Notes under the pieces: generated by a model
Told to the model about the DNA's origin: nothing
Database searches by the model: none
The model's input: only the letters and a program-made list of their open reading frames with translations
Part shown: one piece after another, positions 47,220 through 57,293 of the stretch
Position numbering within the stretch: the first letter of the stretch is position 1
Layout of the letters: each line of letters opens with the position of its first letter
Translations under genes and position numbers: made by a program
DNA from: Patescibacteria group bacterium
GTDB taxonomy: Bacteria; Patescibacteriota; Patescibacteriia; Patescibacteriales; JBAZCA01
Direction of reading: 5' to 3'
Assembly (NCBI GenBank): GCA_041661505.1
Contig: JBAZUF010000001.1
Location: forward strand, 47,144-111,143
Length of the DNA: 64,000 nt

Positions 47220-48644
47220 CTATTTCATTACCTCTATTTCTATCCGGTCCAGCATCGCCGGAACCCGCTTAACGAACGAAGGGGAAAATTTGATTTCATA
47301 ATCAGCGATCCCCTCTTTACTTTTAAGATATTCCTCAAGCTGCGCTTTGGAAAGCCCGGCCAAATCTTTTGGGTCAAGAATTTTCGATAAATCTTTAACC
47401 GCCACCTTGCCGCTGAATTCGGCTTTTACTTCTGCCCGGCCGGCGGCGGCGTCAATATTAACCAATTCGTATTTAAACCCATCCCCGTTAAAACTCACTA
47501 ACTCTTTTCCGGCCGGTATAGTAAGGCTGAACCGATCCTTTACCAGACTGGCTGACTCGCTCTCCATAAAGCCGGCCATTTCCGCGGCCGTCTCTAACTT
47601 CACGGTAAAACTATCTTTCTCCTCATTAGCCATAGCGTCAATTTCTTTTTTTATGGCATTGTCGTCAATCTTTAAAAGTATTTGGTCATATTGGGGATAT
47701 TTAGCTCTGGCTTCAGCTAACGCCTTAGCGGCAAGAGACTCTTTAACTTTATTGATCCCGTTTTGGATGTCTTCCTCCTTAACAAATTTTTTCGAATTTT
47801 TCTTATAACTCATGGGTTCTTTAGACTCGGCGTATATTTTATCCTGCAGTCCGGCCCAAAGCCCCGGGATAGTAAATTTCGACGGGCCAATCACCATCGT
47901 AGAATCGGATTTATCGGCATAAACATCAACCGCTATATTTCCCCCGGCCGGCACATTAACCGTTTCTTTCGTCCTGAATAACTTTCCATCGGACGAAAGG
48001 AGCCTGGTTGAGGCGACCAGCGGCTGATTTTTTATATAGCTGTTATAAACAATTACTTTCCCCTGGACTTCTTCGCTTATAACTTTTTCTCCGGTGGCTT
48101 CTATTTTTTCTTCGCCGGCAACATTAAATTCGTCCAACGCTCCCCCAATGGCCGCCCCGCCGTTTCCGGGGTTTGAAGGCTGGCCTCCAACCACCTTAAA
48201 AGTTAGGCTGTCGGTTATTTCTTCCTGGCTAGGGACAATGACGATCTTAATTTTCACGAAAGAAAAATAAAACACTACGCCCAGAAGCACCAAAACTAAT
48301 AAAATAAAACTATAAGCGATTTTTTTATAAAGCCCCAATTTAGGAGGCTGGCCGCTTTTCCTCTCTCCGGCATTCCTTGCAATCACCTCTTTGGCCTTGG
48401 CCAAATAATCTTCCGGCTCTTTTTTTTCGTTCCGGTCTTTGGAAAATTCTTTTAGCGCGTCAATCGATCTCCCGCCTTCTTTAGGAAAAATCGGAGCGGA
48501 TAAACTAATCGGTATGTTAAATGAAGGGGCCCGGGGAACAGGCGACTTTTCGCTTTTCTTCACGCTTTTTTTCGGAGCCGGTTTTTTTCTTGGCCGGGAA
48601 GCCGGCTTGGCCGGCAAATTGCTTTTAGATTTTAAAGAAGGCAT
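47220..48644 (-). CDS. Single-TM hypothetical protein with large extracytoplasmic region (possibly baseplate-J-like)
   Basis: Lys/Pro-rich N-tail, TM, QPLVASTRL..DGKLFR, FTIPGL. Confidence 0.7.
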   Translation of the reverse strand: MPSLKSKSNLPAKPASRPRKKPAPKKSVKKSEKSPVPRAPSFNIPISLSAPIFPKEGGRSIDALKEFSKDRNEKKEPEDYLAKAKEVIARNAGERKSGQPPKLGLYKKIAYSFILLVLVLLGVVFYFSFVKIKIVIVPSQEEITDSLTFKVVGGQPSNPGNGGAAIGGALDEFNVAGEEKIEATGEKVISEEVQGKVIVYNSYIKNQPLVASTRLLSSDGKLFRTKETVNVPAGGNIAVDVYADKSDSTMVIGPSKFTIPGLWAGLQDKIYAESKEPMSYKKNSKKFVKEEDIQNGINKVKESLAAKALAEARAKYPQYDQILLKIDDNAIKKEIDAMANEEKDSFTVKLETAAEMAGFMESESASLVKDRFSLTIPAGKELVSFNGDGFKYELVNIDAAAGRAEVKAEFSGKVAVKDLSKILDPKDLAGLSKAQLEEYLKSKEGIADYEIKFSPSFVKRVPAMLDRIEIEVMK

Positions 48645-48727
48645 GTATTTTTATTTCCCGATTAAAATAAGACCCTTAAAATTAATAGAGAAAAAAATAT
48701 TAATTCTTCCCAATTATAACATCAAAA

Positions 48728-51700
48728 TCAAACCTTGTCTACAAGCTCCAAATTTAATTTTTCCACCCCCTGAATTTGGCCGGAGGCCAGCGCTTCGGCG
48801 CTTACCTTAAAGCCGGTTTCGACTATTTTGTCTTTTTGCCCTTCGTTTTTAACCTTTAAAAATACTTTTGAGCTTCCGGGGGCGGAGAGGAATATTTTTT
48901 TCAGGGTTTCAAGAAAATTATTGTCAAAATTACCGCCGATGGAAATTAAAACAATTTTTTCCTGGCGCGGCGTTTTTTTTACTCCGCCTTCATTCTTCGC
49001 GCTAAAATCGCCGCGGCCGCCCTCCTGGCCGTTTCCGTTAGTATTGCGCCCGTTAAAAGTGAACGAATTGCCGTTGGTCCGGTATTCAGGCTTTAGCCCC
49101 CTTAAAATTTCCTTTACTTTTCCCAATTCCAAAATTACGGCTTTATCGCAAAGCAATTTCACGTCCTGGTCTTTTTCCGAAAGTTTCCCCAGGAGGGCGA
49201 CAGCTTTTCCTTCCTGCCAGATTTCTCCGGAGCTTTTATAAAGCCGGGGGAAGACTAAAGCTTCAAGATTGTCCGTATCATCTTCAATTTTTACGAAGGC
49301 CATTGATTCTCCGTTTTTGGTAATGATTTTTTTTACGCTCGCTATAATGCCGGCTAAATTAACCGGCTCATTCCGGGAAGCGCGCTTTACTTCCCGGATG
49401 GGGGGAATTAGCGCTCCAGCTTCCTTTTTAAAATCTAAAAACGGATGGTCGGAAATATATAAACCCAAAAATTCTTTTTCCCAGGCCAGTTTTTTTTGCC
49501 TTTCGACCGGAGCGGCCGGCTTTAATTTTACTTCTTCAAACTGGTTTAACAGCGGCGCGTCAAAAAATAAACTTACCTGGGCGCTAGACTTAGCCCGGGC
49601 AATATCCTTATTAAAGCTTAGCATCGCCTCGATATTCTCTAAAAACATCCCTCTTTCCCCGAATTGGTCCAGACTGCCGGATTTAATAAGGCTCTCAAGC
49701 GACTTTTTATTTAAGTCCTTATCGACTACCCGCTTCAATAGGTCGCTTATATTTTTGAAAGGTCCGTTTTCCTTCCTTTCCTTAATTATGGCTTCGCCGA
49801 TATGGGCGCCGAAATTTTTTATGGCTTTAAGACCGAAGCGGATGGTATTAACCTTTTCATCTTCGCGCGCGATTTGGTTGGTTTGGGTGCCGGACGTTAT
49901 TACCGTAAAAAAATCAAATGACTGGTTTATGTCCGGCGCTAAAACCTCAATTCCCATTTTCCGGCACTCTTCAATTTCGATGGCTACCCGGTCAATATCG
50001 CCCTGATCGGAAATGAGTAGCGCCGCCATGAATTCAGTCGGCCAATGAGCTTTTAAATAGGCGGTCTGATAGCCGATTAAAGCGTAGCAGGCGGCGTGCG
50101 AACGGTTAAAGCCATACCCGGCAAAAGGCTCGATAAAAGAAAATATACCCTCGCCCAGCTCTTTGGAAATTCCGTTTTTAACGCATCCGTCAATGAACTT
50201 TTCTTTTTGTTCGGCCAAAAGCTCGGCGATCTTTTTTCCCATCGCTTTGCGCAAGACGTCGGCTTCGCCCATAGAAAACCCGGCTAATTGCCGCGCGATT
50301 TGCATGACTTGCTCCTGGTAGATCGCCACCCCGTAGGTTTTTTTTAAAATCGGCTCGAGCTTGGGATGCAAGTACTCGACTTTTTTCCTCCCATACTTTC
50401 TTTGGATATAATCCGGAATCCATTCCATCGGCCCCGGCCGGTACAAGGCTACCATGGCGACTATATCTTCAAAGTCGTTCGGCTTCAGTTCTTTCATATA
50501 CCGCTTCATGCCCGAGGATTCGAATTGGAATACGCCGGTTGTTTCTCCGTTCTGGAACAGCCCGAAAGTATCCGGATCGTCCAAAGGAATCTTATCGATG
50601 TCGATTTTCAATCCCCGAGTATTTTTTATTATCCGGATTGCCGACTCGATGATAGTCAGGTTCTTAAGCCCCAAAAAATCCATTTTGAGGAGCCCCAAGT
50701 CCTCAATTGGATGCAGAGAATATTGGGAGACAATACTCCGGTCAGACGAAGAAGCGTATTGCAGGGGGACGTAATCGGTTAAAGGATTTTTTGTAATTAA
50801 CACTCCGCAGGCGTGCGTTGATGCGTGGCGGGCGACTCCTTCCAGGCGCATGGCATAGGTTAATATTTTTTTGGCCGCGTCTTCTTTCTCATAAATTTCT
50901 TTTAGTTCCGGGACTAAGCCGATGGCTTTTTTCAGTTTAGTAAGCGGGGGGATCATCTTAGCCAGCCGGTCGCAATATTCATAAGGATAATCCAGTACCC
51001 GGCCGACGTCCCTTAATGAGGCCCGGGCGGCCATGGTTCCAAAGGTGATGATTTGGGAGACGTGCTCTTTGCCGTACTTTTTTTCGACATACCGAATCAC
51101 TTCATCCCTCCGAAGATCGGCAAAATCCATATCAATATCCGGCATGCTGATGCGGTCAGGATTTAAAAACCTTTCAAAAAGCAAATCATATTTAAGCGGA
51201 TCCAAATTGGTAATTCCCATCAAATAGCAAGCAAGCGACCCGGCCGCCGATCCGCGGCCCGGCCCGACTACTATCCCGTTGTCCTTTGCCCAATTTACAA
51301 AATCGGCCACAATCAAAAAGTATGACGGCCAGCCCATTTTTTCGATTACCGACAATTCATAATCCAGCCGTTCTTTTATTGCCGGTTCAGCCTGGCTAAA
51401 CTTTATCTGCCGCCTTTTTTCCAGGCCCTCTTCGCAAAGCTTTCTTATATAACCCATTTCGTTTTGGCCTTCCGGAACTTTAAAATACGGCAGCTGGACG
51501 TTTCCCATTTCGATTTCGACATTACATTCTTCGGCGATTTTTAAAGTATTCGATAGGGCTTCGGGGACATCGGAAAAAAACTTTTCCATTTCCCTGGCAG
51601 TCTTATAGTAATAATCGCTCCCGGACATCTCCATCCGGTTGGAATCTTCTTTTTTTCTCTTGGTCTGCAGGCACAATAAAACATCCTGAACATCCGCGTC

Positions 51701-52342
51701 TTCTTCCTTTAAATAATGCAGATCGTTGGTCGCGACCAGCGGCACCCCGAGTTCGCGCGAAAATTCGATTAGCTCCCGATTCACTATTTTCTGCTCCGGC
51801 AGGCTGGGATGGTCTTGCAGTTCAAGATAAAAATTCCCCGGGCCAAAAAGCTCTTTATATTCTAAAATTCTCTTCCTGGCTTTAGGAAGGTTTCCGGCGA
51901 TAATAAGCTTCGGGATTTCTCCCGAAGCGCAGGCCGTGCAGGCAATAAGTCCGTCTTTATATAATGAAAGCACTTCCCAATCGATGCGCGGCTTATAATA
52001 ATATCCTTCCAGATGGGCGATTGAAGTAAGTTTAAGGAGATTCTTATAGCCGGCATTATTTTTAGCGAGCAAAAGAAGATGGTAATTTCTTTCATCTTCT
52101 TTGGTGGCTTTGTCGGTGCGCGATCCGGGAGCTAAATACGCCTCCACGCCGACAATCGGCTTGATTCCCGCCTTCTTGCATTTTTCGTAAAACTCAATAA
52201 CGCCGTACATCGTACCGTGGTCGGTTATGGCAACGGCCGGCGCGTCGTCTTTTTTTGCCGCGCCAACTAGCTCATCAATTTTTGTGAGGCCGTCTAAAAG
52301 CGAATAATGGGTATGGTTATGGAGATGGACAAATTTAGCCAT
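48728..52342 (-). CDS. dnaE: DNA polymerase III alpha subunit
   Basis: PHP HLHNHTHYSLLDG, GPGRGSAAGS, MPDIDMDF, KMDFLGL, GYGFNRSHA. Confidence 0.97.
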   Translation of the reverse strand: MAKFVHLHNHTHYSLLDGLTKIDELVGAAKKDDAPAVAITDHGTMYGVIEFYEKCKKAGIKPIVGVEAYLAPGSRTDKATKEDERNYHLLLLAKNNAGYKNLLKLTSIAHLEGYYYKPRIDWEVLSLYKDGLIACTACASGEIPKLIIAGNLPKARKRILEYKELFGPGNFYLELQDHPSLPEQKIVNRELIEFSRELGVPLVATNDLHYLKEEDADVQDVLLCLQTKRKKEDSNRMEMSGSDYYYKTAREMEKFFSDVPEALSNTLKIAEECNVEIEMGNVQLPYFKVPEGQNEMGYIRKLCEEGLEKRRQIKFSQAEPAIKERLDYELSVIEKMGWPSYFLIVADFVNWAKDNGIVVGPGRGSAAGSLACYLMGITNLDPLKYDLLFERFLNPDRISMPDIDMDFADLRRDEVIRYVEKKYGKEHVSQIITFGTMAARASLRDVGRVLDYPYEYCDRLAKMIPPLTKLKKAIGLVPELKEIYEKEDAAKKILTYAMRLEGVARHASTHACGVLITKNPLTDYVPLQYASSSDRSIVSQYSLHPIEDLGLLKMDFLGLKNLTIIESAIRIIKNTRGLKIDIDKIPLDDPDTFGLFQNGETTGVFQFESSGMKRYMKELKPNDFEDIVAMVALYRPGPMEWIPDYIQRKYGRKKVEYLHPKLEPILKKTYGVAIYQEQVMQIARQLAGFSMGEADVLRKAMGKKIAELLAEQKEKFIDGCVKNGISKELGEGIFSFIEPFAGYGFNRSHAACYALIGYQTAYLKAHWPTEFMAALLISDQGDIDRVAIEIEECRKMGIEVLAPDINQSFDFFTVITSGTQTNQIAREDEKVNTIRFGLKAIKNFGAHIGEAIIKERKENGPFKNISDLLKRVVDKDLNKKSLESLIKSGSLDQFGERGMFLENIEAMLSFNKDIARAKSSAQVSLFFDAPLLNQFEEVKLKPAAPVERQKKLAWEKEFLGLYISDHPFLDFKKEAGALIPPIREVKRASRNEPVNLAGIIASVKKIITKNGESMAFVKIEDDTDNLEALVFPRLYKSSGEIWQEGKAVALLGKLSEKDQDVKLLCDKAVILELGKVKEILRGLKPEYRTNGNSFTFNGRNTNGNGQEGGRGDFSAKNEGGVKKTPRQEKIVLISIGGNFDNNFLETLKKIFLSAPGSSKVFLKVKNEGQKDKIVETGFKVSAEALASGQIQGVEKLNLELVDKV

Positions 52343-52417
52343 AAATAAAAATAGAATTAAGAATCACGAATCAAGAATAGCCCCTTGATCCTTTATTCTT
52401 AATTCCTGATTCTCGTT

Positions 52418-53308
52418 TTAATCAATCCCGCCGATCTTATCGATTATATCATCTAGCATTTCGTCTCCGTAATAAGTTATAATTATCCTCCCGCCTTTTC
52501 CGGTGCGCTGGATTTCCGCCCGGGTGCCGAAATACTTTTGCAAAACCTCTTCCCTTTTTTGGTCTCGCGGGTCGGCCTTAATCCGCGACTCTTTTGATCC
52601 GCCGAACTTTGTTTGCACTTCTTTAAAAACATCAACTGTATTAAGGCCTTCTTTCATTATCCTTTCAAATAGTGCCATTTGCTTCGCGGGGCTGTCAAGG
52701 CCGGCTAAAGCGATGGCGTGCCGGGAATTCAAATCGCCTTTTGTAATCGCTTCCTGGATTTTCTCCGGCAAGCCGAGGAAACGCAAAGTATTAGAAATCA
52801 CCGGCCGGGATTTTCCGATTCGGCGCCCTAATTCTTCGTGGGTAATATTAAATTCATCAATCAGCTTGCGGTAAGACAGAGCGAGCTCAATCGGATTTAA
52901 GTCTTCCCTTTGGATATTTTCTATCAAGGCCAATTCTAGTTTCTCCTGCTCCCCGGCTTCCCGGACAATGGCCGGCACTTCTTTTAGCCCTAAAGCTCTC
53001 GCGGCCCTAAGGCGCCTTTCGCCGGCGATAAGCTCATATTTATTTCCGGCGCGGGTTATTACCAAAGGCTGGATAATTCCGTACTGGGAAATTGATTCCA
53101 TTAATTCCTGAAGCTGTTTTTCATTAAAATCTTTTCTCGGCTGCTGCGGGTTGACGGAAATTTTCTCCGGCGCCAAATGCAAAACTTTGTCGCGGTCAAA
53201 ATCGCTTGATACGTCAACAACGGTCTCGCCGGCCGCGGTTGTAACTTTTTTCACTTTTTGGGGAATGAGCGATGAGAGTCCCCTGCCGAGTCCATTGGCC
53301 ATATGCAT
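52418..53308 (-). CDS. parB: Chromosome partitioning protein ParB/Spo0J
   Basis: GLGRGL, NPQQPR, IAGERRLRA, ENIQREDLNPIE. Confidence 0.95.
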   Translation of the reverse strand: MHMANGLGRGLSSLIPQKVKKVTTAAGETVVDVSSDFDRDKVLHLAPEKISVNPQQPRKDFNEKQLQELMESISQYGIIQPLVITRAGNKYELIAGERRLRAARALGLKEVPAIVREAGEQEKLELALIENIQREDLNPIELALSYRKLIDEFNITHEELGRRIGKSRPVISNTLRFLGLPEKIQEAITKGDLNSRHAIALAGLDSPAKQMALFERIMKEGLNTVDVFKEVQTKFGGSKESRIKADPRDQKREEVLQKYFGTRAEIQRTGKGGRIIITYYGDEMLDDIIDKIGGID

Positions 53309-53325
53309 TGTTTAAAAAAATTATT

Positions 53326-54087
53326 TTAATACAGGTCGATTATTTCCCTGGCCAGTTTTTCGTACGCCCGGCCGCCCCTTGATTTGGGGTCATAATGCAA
53401 TATCGAGCGCCCGTAGCTCGGCGCTTCAGCCAGGCGCACGCTTCTTGGGATTACCGTCCGCAATACCCGGTTGGGAAAATATTGGTACAATTCCTGCATG
53501 ACCGATCCGGAAAGCCGGTTCCTTCGGTCGAACATGGTAATGAGCGCCCCCAAAATATTCAAATTGGGCTTCAAATTGTTTTGCACCAGGCTGATAGTTT
53601 CCAAAAGCTGGCCCAGCCCTTCTAACGCGTAATATTCGCTTTGAATAGGAATTAAAACCTGATCAGCGGCTACTAAGCTATTAATTGTCAAAAGGCCGAC
53701 CGACGGCGGCCCGTCGATTATTACAAAATCGTATTCATCTTTTACTTCATCCAGTATGTTTTTCAGCCTGAATTCGCGGTCGTGCATGCTAACCAGCTCT
53801 ACTCCGGCGCCGGCTAAAGCAATTGTCGAAGGCGCGACTTTAAATCCGTCCTGCAAAGTCCTTTTTATCACTTCAAAAATCGGCTTGTTCCCGATTATAG
53901 CCTCATAAACGCCGTGCTCCAGATTCCGGTGGTCGATGCCTAAACCCGAAGTAGCGTTAGCTTGCGGGTCAATATCCACTAATAAAACTTCCTTGCCAAA
54001 ATAGGCCAGGTACGCCCCTAAATTAACGGCCGTCGTAGTTTTTCCCACTCCGCCCTTTTGATTGACAATAGAAATAATCTTGCCCAT
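53326..54087 (-). CDS. parA: Chromosome partitioning ATPase ParA/Soj
   Basis: NQKGGVGKTTT, DIDPQANAT, IPRSVRLAEAPSYG. Confidence 0.96.
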   Translation of the reverse strand: MGKIISIVNQKGGVGKTTTAVNLGAYLAYFGKEVLLVDIDPQANATSGLGIDHRNLEHGVYEAIIGNKPIFEVIKRTLQDGFKVAPSTIALAGAGVELVSMHDREFRLKNILDEVKDEYDFVIIDGPPSVGLLTINSLVAADQVLIPIQSEYYALEGLGQLLETISLVQNNLKPNLNILGALITMFDRRNRLSGSVMQELYQYFPNRVLRTVIPRSVRLAEAPSYGRSILHYDPKSRGGRAYEKLAREIIDLY

Positions 54088-54127
54088 AGCAAAATTGAAA
54101 CGTTAGGACTTTTTTCCTTACCATAGT

Positions 54128-54178
54128 ATTATACTTTAATTTATCCGCTTTGACAATTTAGGCTTTTTGAATTATACT
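54128..54178. promoter_or_regulatory. Overlapping divergent sigma70 promoters (parA and tRNA-Leu)
   Basis: Plus strand TTGACA(54150)-N17-TATACT; minus strand TTGTCA-N17-TATAAT. Confidence 0.65.
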
Positions 54179-54261
54179 AAAAACAGCCTTCGCCGTTGAT
54201 TAGGGCTTTTTTTGAGCCCAGATTAGCGATTAATCATCCTATCCTGACCCCGACGCTAGAA

Positions 54262-54345
54262 GCCGATGTGGTGAAACTGGCAAACACGCACGACTCAAAA
54301 TCGTGTGGCCTCACGGCCTTGTGGGTTCAAGTCCCACCATCGGCA
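54262..54345 (+). tRNA. tRNA-Leu(CAA); CCA end not encoded
   Basis: Acceptor GCCGATG/CATCGGC, anticodon arm CACGA-CTCAAAA-TCGTG, long variable arm, GGTTCAAGTCC T-arm. Confidence 0.96.
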
Positions 54346-54420
54346 CAGATTTAAGATGAGCTTTTTAAGGCTCATGCTAATGGATTTTAGTGTACATTTC
54401 ATTCTTGAAAGGATTGGGTC

Positions 54421-54801
54421 ATGAGTATTGTCGTGCATCTTTCCGTTGTTTTTTTACAGGCGTCAATGCTGGCCGTAATCGCAGCAACGCTTTTTTGCTC
54501 CAAACTCTGCGCCGAAACGGAGGTATTTTTCTTCGGACCACTCATAATTTTCATAATTTCCTGCGGACTTATATTTTTTTGCGCGCGTGACGGAAAAATT
54601 ATCTTCTTTTCGGAGAGATTCAGCACGTTTTGCTGGATAATTTTCTTTACTGCGCTATCCGCGCTGTACTTGGTAATGGCCACAGGTCAATCAGGCTCCG
54701 ACGATTTCCATACAGCTTTATTGTTCGGAGTGTTTGCGGTAATCTCCGCGCTTATAGCTATTGCTCCAGTGTGTAAGCTTGTCCGGAACGAATTATTTTA
54801 A
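54421..54801 (+). CDS. Hypothetical membrane protein (about 4 TM segments) downstream of the tRNA
   Basis: 126-aa strongly hydrophobic ORF. Confidence 0.55.
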   Translation: MSIVVHLSVVFLQASMLAVIAATLFCSKLCAETEVFFFGPLIIFIISCGLIFFCARDGKIIFFSERFSTFCWIIFFTALSALYLVMATGQSGSDDFHTALLFGVFAVISALIAIAPVCKLVRNELF

Positions 54802-54881
54802 TTCTCTTCCGCCTTGCCAGAAAATGAAAAACTCGGGGAAAAGGCCCGACAAGCTCATACAATATTAACCCTAAATACAAA

Positions 54882-54917
54882 AGCCCGGAAGCTTCACGCG
54901 TCCGGGCTAATTTTTTT
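54882..54917. terminator. Probable bidirectional terminator between convergent genes
   Basis: AGCCCGGA...TCCGGGCT with an A-run before and a T-run after. Confidence 0.6.
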
Positions 54918-54937
54918 ATATTCTGTACTGCTAATGC

Positions 54938-56017
54938 TTATTTGAATTCATCCAATACCACGTTTATGACGATTGACTTGCCTCCCCTTAAAATCTTCAA
55001 GCCGATCTTGTTGCCCGGCTTGTACCTTTGGGTAATGCTCTGCAAAGTTTTTCCCCCCTCGATCTTAATCCCGTTTACCTCATAAACTATATCCCCGGCT
55101 TGAAGACCGGCCTTTTCCGCCGGCGAATCCGCTAAAATGGCCGGCGATCCGTTTTCACCCGCTATTATCCAAGCGCCCTTATCCCGGCCTAATTTTTTAT
55201 CTTTGGCTATTTCCGGGGTGAGCATAGTATAGTGCACCCCCAGCCGCGCCCGAACTATCCGGCCGCGTTCTTTTACGCTAGTTATTACCGGCCGGGCGTC
55301 GTTAATCGGAATAGCAAAACTCACTCCTTGGCCGTCTTGGTCAATCGCCGTATTGATGCCGACCACTTTGCCGCTTAAATCTATTAGCGGCCCGCCGGAA
55401 TTGCCCGGATTGATGTCCGCGTCAGACTGGATTACATTATCCAGTAATTCCGCCTGACCGTTTTTGTCGCTGGCCGCGACGCTTCTTCCCAGTCCGGAAA
55501 CGATTCCCTTGGTCACGGTATTTTGGTAGAGGCCTAAAGTATTGCCAATCGCTATTACCGTCATCCCTTCAACTAATTTATCCGAATCGCCCATCTCGAT
55601 ATACGGCAAATTCTTATCGAAAATTTTTAAAATCGCCAGGTCGTTCAAAGGATCTTTGCCGATAAACTGGGCGTAATATTCTTTGCCGCTCGCCAGTATG
55701 ATCCGGTACTCGGAAGTTTTTTCGCTGGCTACCGCGGCCACGTGCTTGTTGGTAATAATCAAACCATCGGATGAAATTATAAACCCGGTGCCCGAGCCCT
55801 TTTTTACCCGGATATCATCTTCTTTGTTGTAAATGATAACGCTTACAACTGCCGGTTTAACCTTATTAATCGCCCGGATGGTCGCTTCCTGGTCGTCTAA
55901 ACGCAGATTGTCGGCCACCGCGGTGGTTATGCCGTTGCGGACGGCGTAAACTCCGCCAACGATTATTCCGGCCGTGAAAGCCAGGCCAATAAAGAGATAA
56001 ACAAATTTTTTTGCCAT
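54938..56017 (-). CDS. htrA: HtrA/DegP-family serine protease with PDZ domain
   Basis: GSGTGF, TNKHV, DLA, INPGNSGGPL, PDZ SPAEKAGL. Confidence 0.93.
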   Translation of the reverse strand: MAKKFVYLFIGLAFTAGIIVGGVYAVRNGITTAVADNLRLDDQEATIRAINKVKPAVVSVIIYNKEDDIRVKKGSGTGFIISSDGLIITNKHVAAVASEKTSEYRIILASGKEYYAQFIGKDPLNDLAILKIFDKNLPYIEMGDSDKLVEGMTVIAIGNTLGLYQNTVTKGIVSGLGRSVAASDKNGQAELLDNVIQSDADINPGNSGGPLIDLSGKVVGINTAIDQDGQGVSFAIPINDARPVITSVKERGRIVRARLGVHYTMLTPEIAKDKKLGRDKGAWIIAGENGSPAILADSPAEKAGLQAGDIVYEVNGIKIEGGKTLQSITQRYKPGNKIGLKILRGGKSIVINVVLDEFK

Positions 56018-56049
56018 ATTTTTTAAAATATTTTTAATATTTCAATCCG

Positions 56050-57153
56050 TTAAATTCCGTCCTCGCTCAACTCCTCTAAAGTTTTTTTCAGCTTCCGGCT
56101 CAAGCCCTTAGGTATCCGCACGTTTACTTTTACCAGATGGTCGCCCCGCCCGCGGCCGCGGAGCCTTAAAACGCCCTTTTCTTTTAGCCGAAACACGGTA
56201 CCTGGCTGGGTGCCTTCGGGAATTTTTAATTCCACGTTTCCGTCCACGGTTTCCACTTCGATTTTAGCGCCAATCGCCGCCTGGGTAAATTTTATTTGCG
56301 CTTCGCTATAGATATCATAACCTTCGCGCCTAAAGCGCGAATCAGGCTTGACTCTTATTTTAATATACAGGTCGCCTGATGGCGCGCCTTTTTCGCCGGC
56401 TTCGCCTTGGCCCGCAAACCGGATTGATTCGCCGTTATCGATTCCAGCCGGGATTTTTATGGTAATGCTCGGATCGTTATTGTATACGCCCGAGCCGCGG
56501 CACTTGGAGCATTTCTGGCTTGGGATTTTCCCTTCGCCCTGGCAATTATGGCAGATAGTTTCCATCTGCACGGTGCCGAAAATCGTCCTTTGGTTTTTTA
56601 TTATCCTGCCGGATCCATTGCAGACCGGACAAGCCTCGATTTTAGCTCCCGGTTCCGCGCCCGACCCCTGGCATTTATCGCAAGCAACATTCTTCCTGAT
56701 TCGAATATCCTTTTCGACGCCAAAAACCGCGTCTTGAAAATTTATTTCAATTTCCGTTTCAATATCCCGCCCTCTTTTTGCTCTTCGCCCGCCTCCGCCG
56801 GATCGCCGGCCAAAGCCGAACATGTCCCCCAGTCCGCCGAACATATCGCCCAGGTCATCCATGTTAATGTTAAATCCGTTGGTGTAGCCCGAAAAATCGC
56901 GGAAGCCTTCAAAGCCGCCAAAGCCTCCGGCGCCTTGCGCTTGCTCGAATGCTGAACCAAACTGGTCGTATTGCGCCCGTTTTTTCGCGTCGCCCAAAAC
57001 CTGGTAAGCTTCATTTATTTCTTTGAATTTCTTTTCATCTCCGCCGCCTTTATCCGGATGGTGCACGTGCGCGAGCTTCCTGAAAGCTTTTTTTATATCG
57101 TCCTGCGAAGCATTTTTATCGACGCCTAAAATTTTATAGTAATCTTTTGACAT
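56050..57153 (-). CDS. dnaJ: Chaperone DnaJ
   Basis: J-domain HPD, G/F-rich region, four CxxCxGxG repeats. Confidence 0.97.
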   Translation of the reverse strand: MSKDYYKILGVDKNASQDDIKKAFRKLAHVHHPDKGGGDEKKFKEINEAYQVLGDAKKRAQYDQFGSAFEQAQGAGGFGGFEGFRDFSGYTNGFNINMDDLGDMFGGLGDMFGFGRRSGGGGRRAKRGRDIETEIEINFQDAVFGVEKDIRIRKNVACDKCQGSGAEPGAKIEACPVCNGSGRIIKNQRTIFGTVQMETICHNCQGEGKIPSQKCSKCRGSGVYNNDPSITIKIPAGIDNGESIRFAGQGEAGEKGAPSGDLYIKIRVKPDSRFRREGYDIYSEAQIKFTQAAIGAKIEVETVDGNVELKIPEGTQPGTVFRLKEKGVLRLRGRGRGDHLVKVNVRIPKGLSRKLKKTLEELSEDGI

Positions 57154-57240
57154 AATCTTTTAACCAGCCTTATTCAATAATACGCTAAATGCCAGAAGTC
57201 GCCTGGCATTTAACTATTATGTCTGATGACATAACCTCAT

Positions 57241-57273
57241 TCGCTCGTCCCGCATAGTGCGGGGCTCACTCAT
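57241..57273. repeat. Dispersed REP-like palindrome, copy 2
   Basis: TCGCTC-gtcccgca-tag-tgcgggg-CTCACTCAT. Confidence 0.55.
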
Positions 57274-57293
57274 TTCTAATTATAACAGATTAT

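Noticed and set aside
54262-54920. Genomic island integrated at tRNA-Leu
   Set aside because: Only one small ORF follows; no integrase and no duplicated tRNA 3' end were seen.
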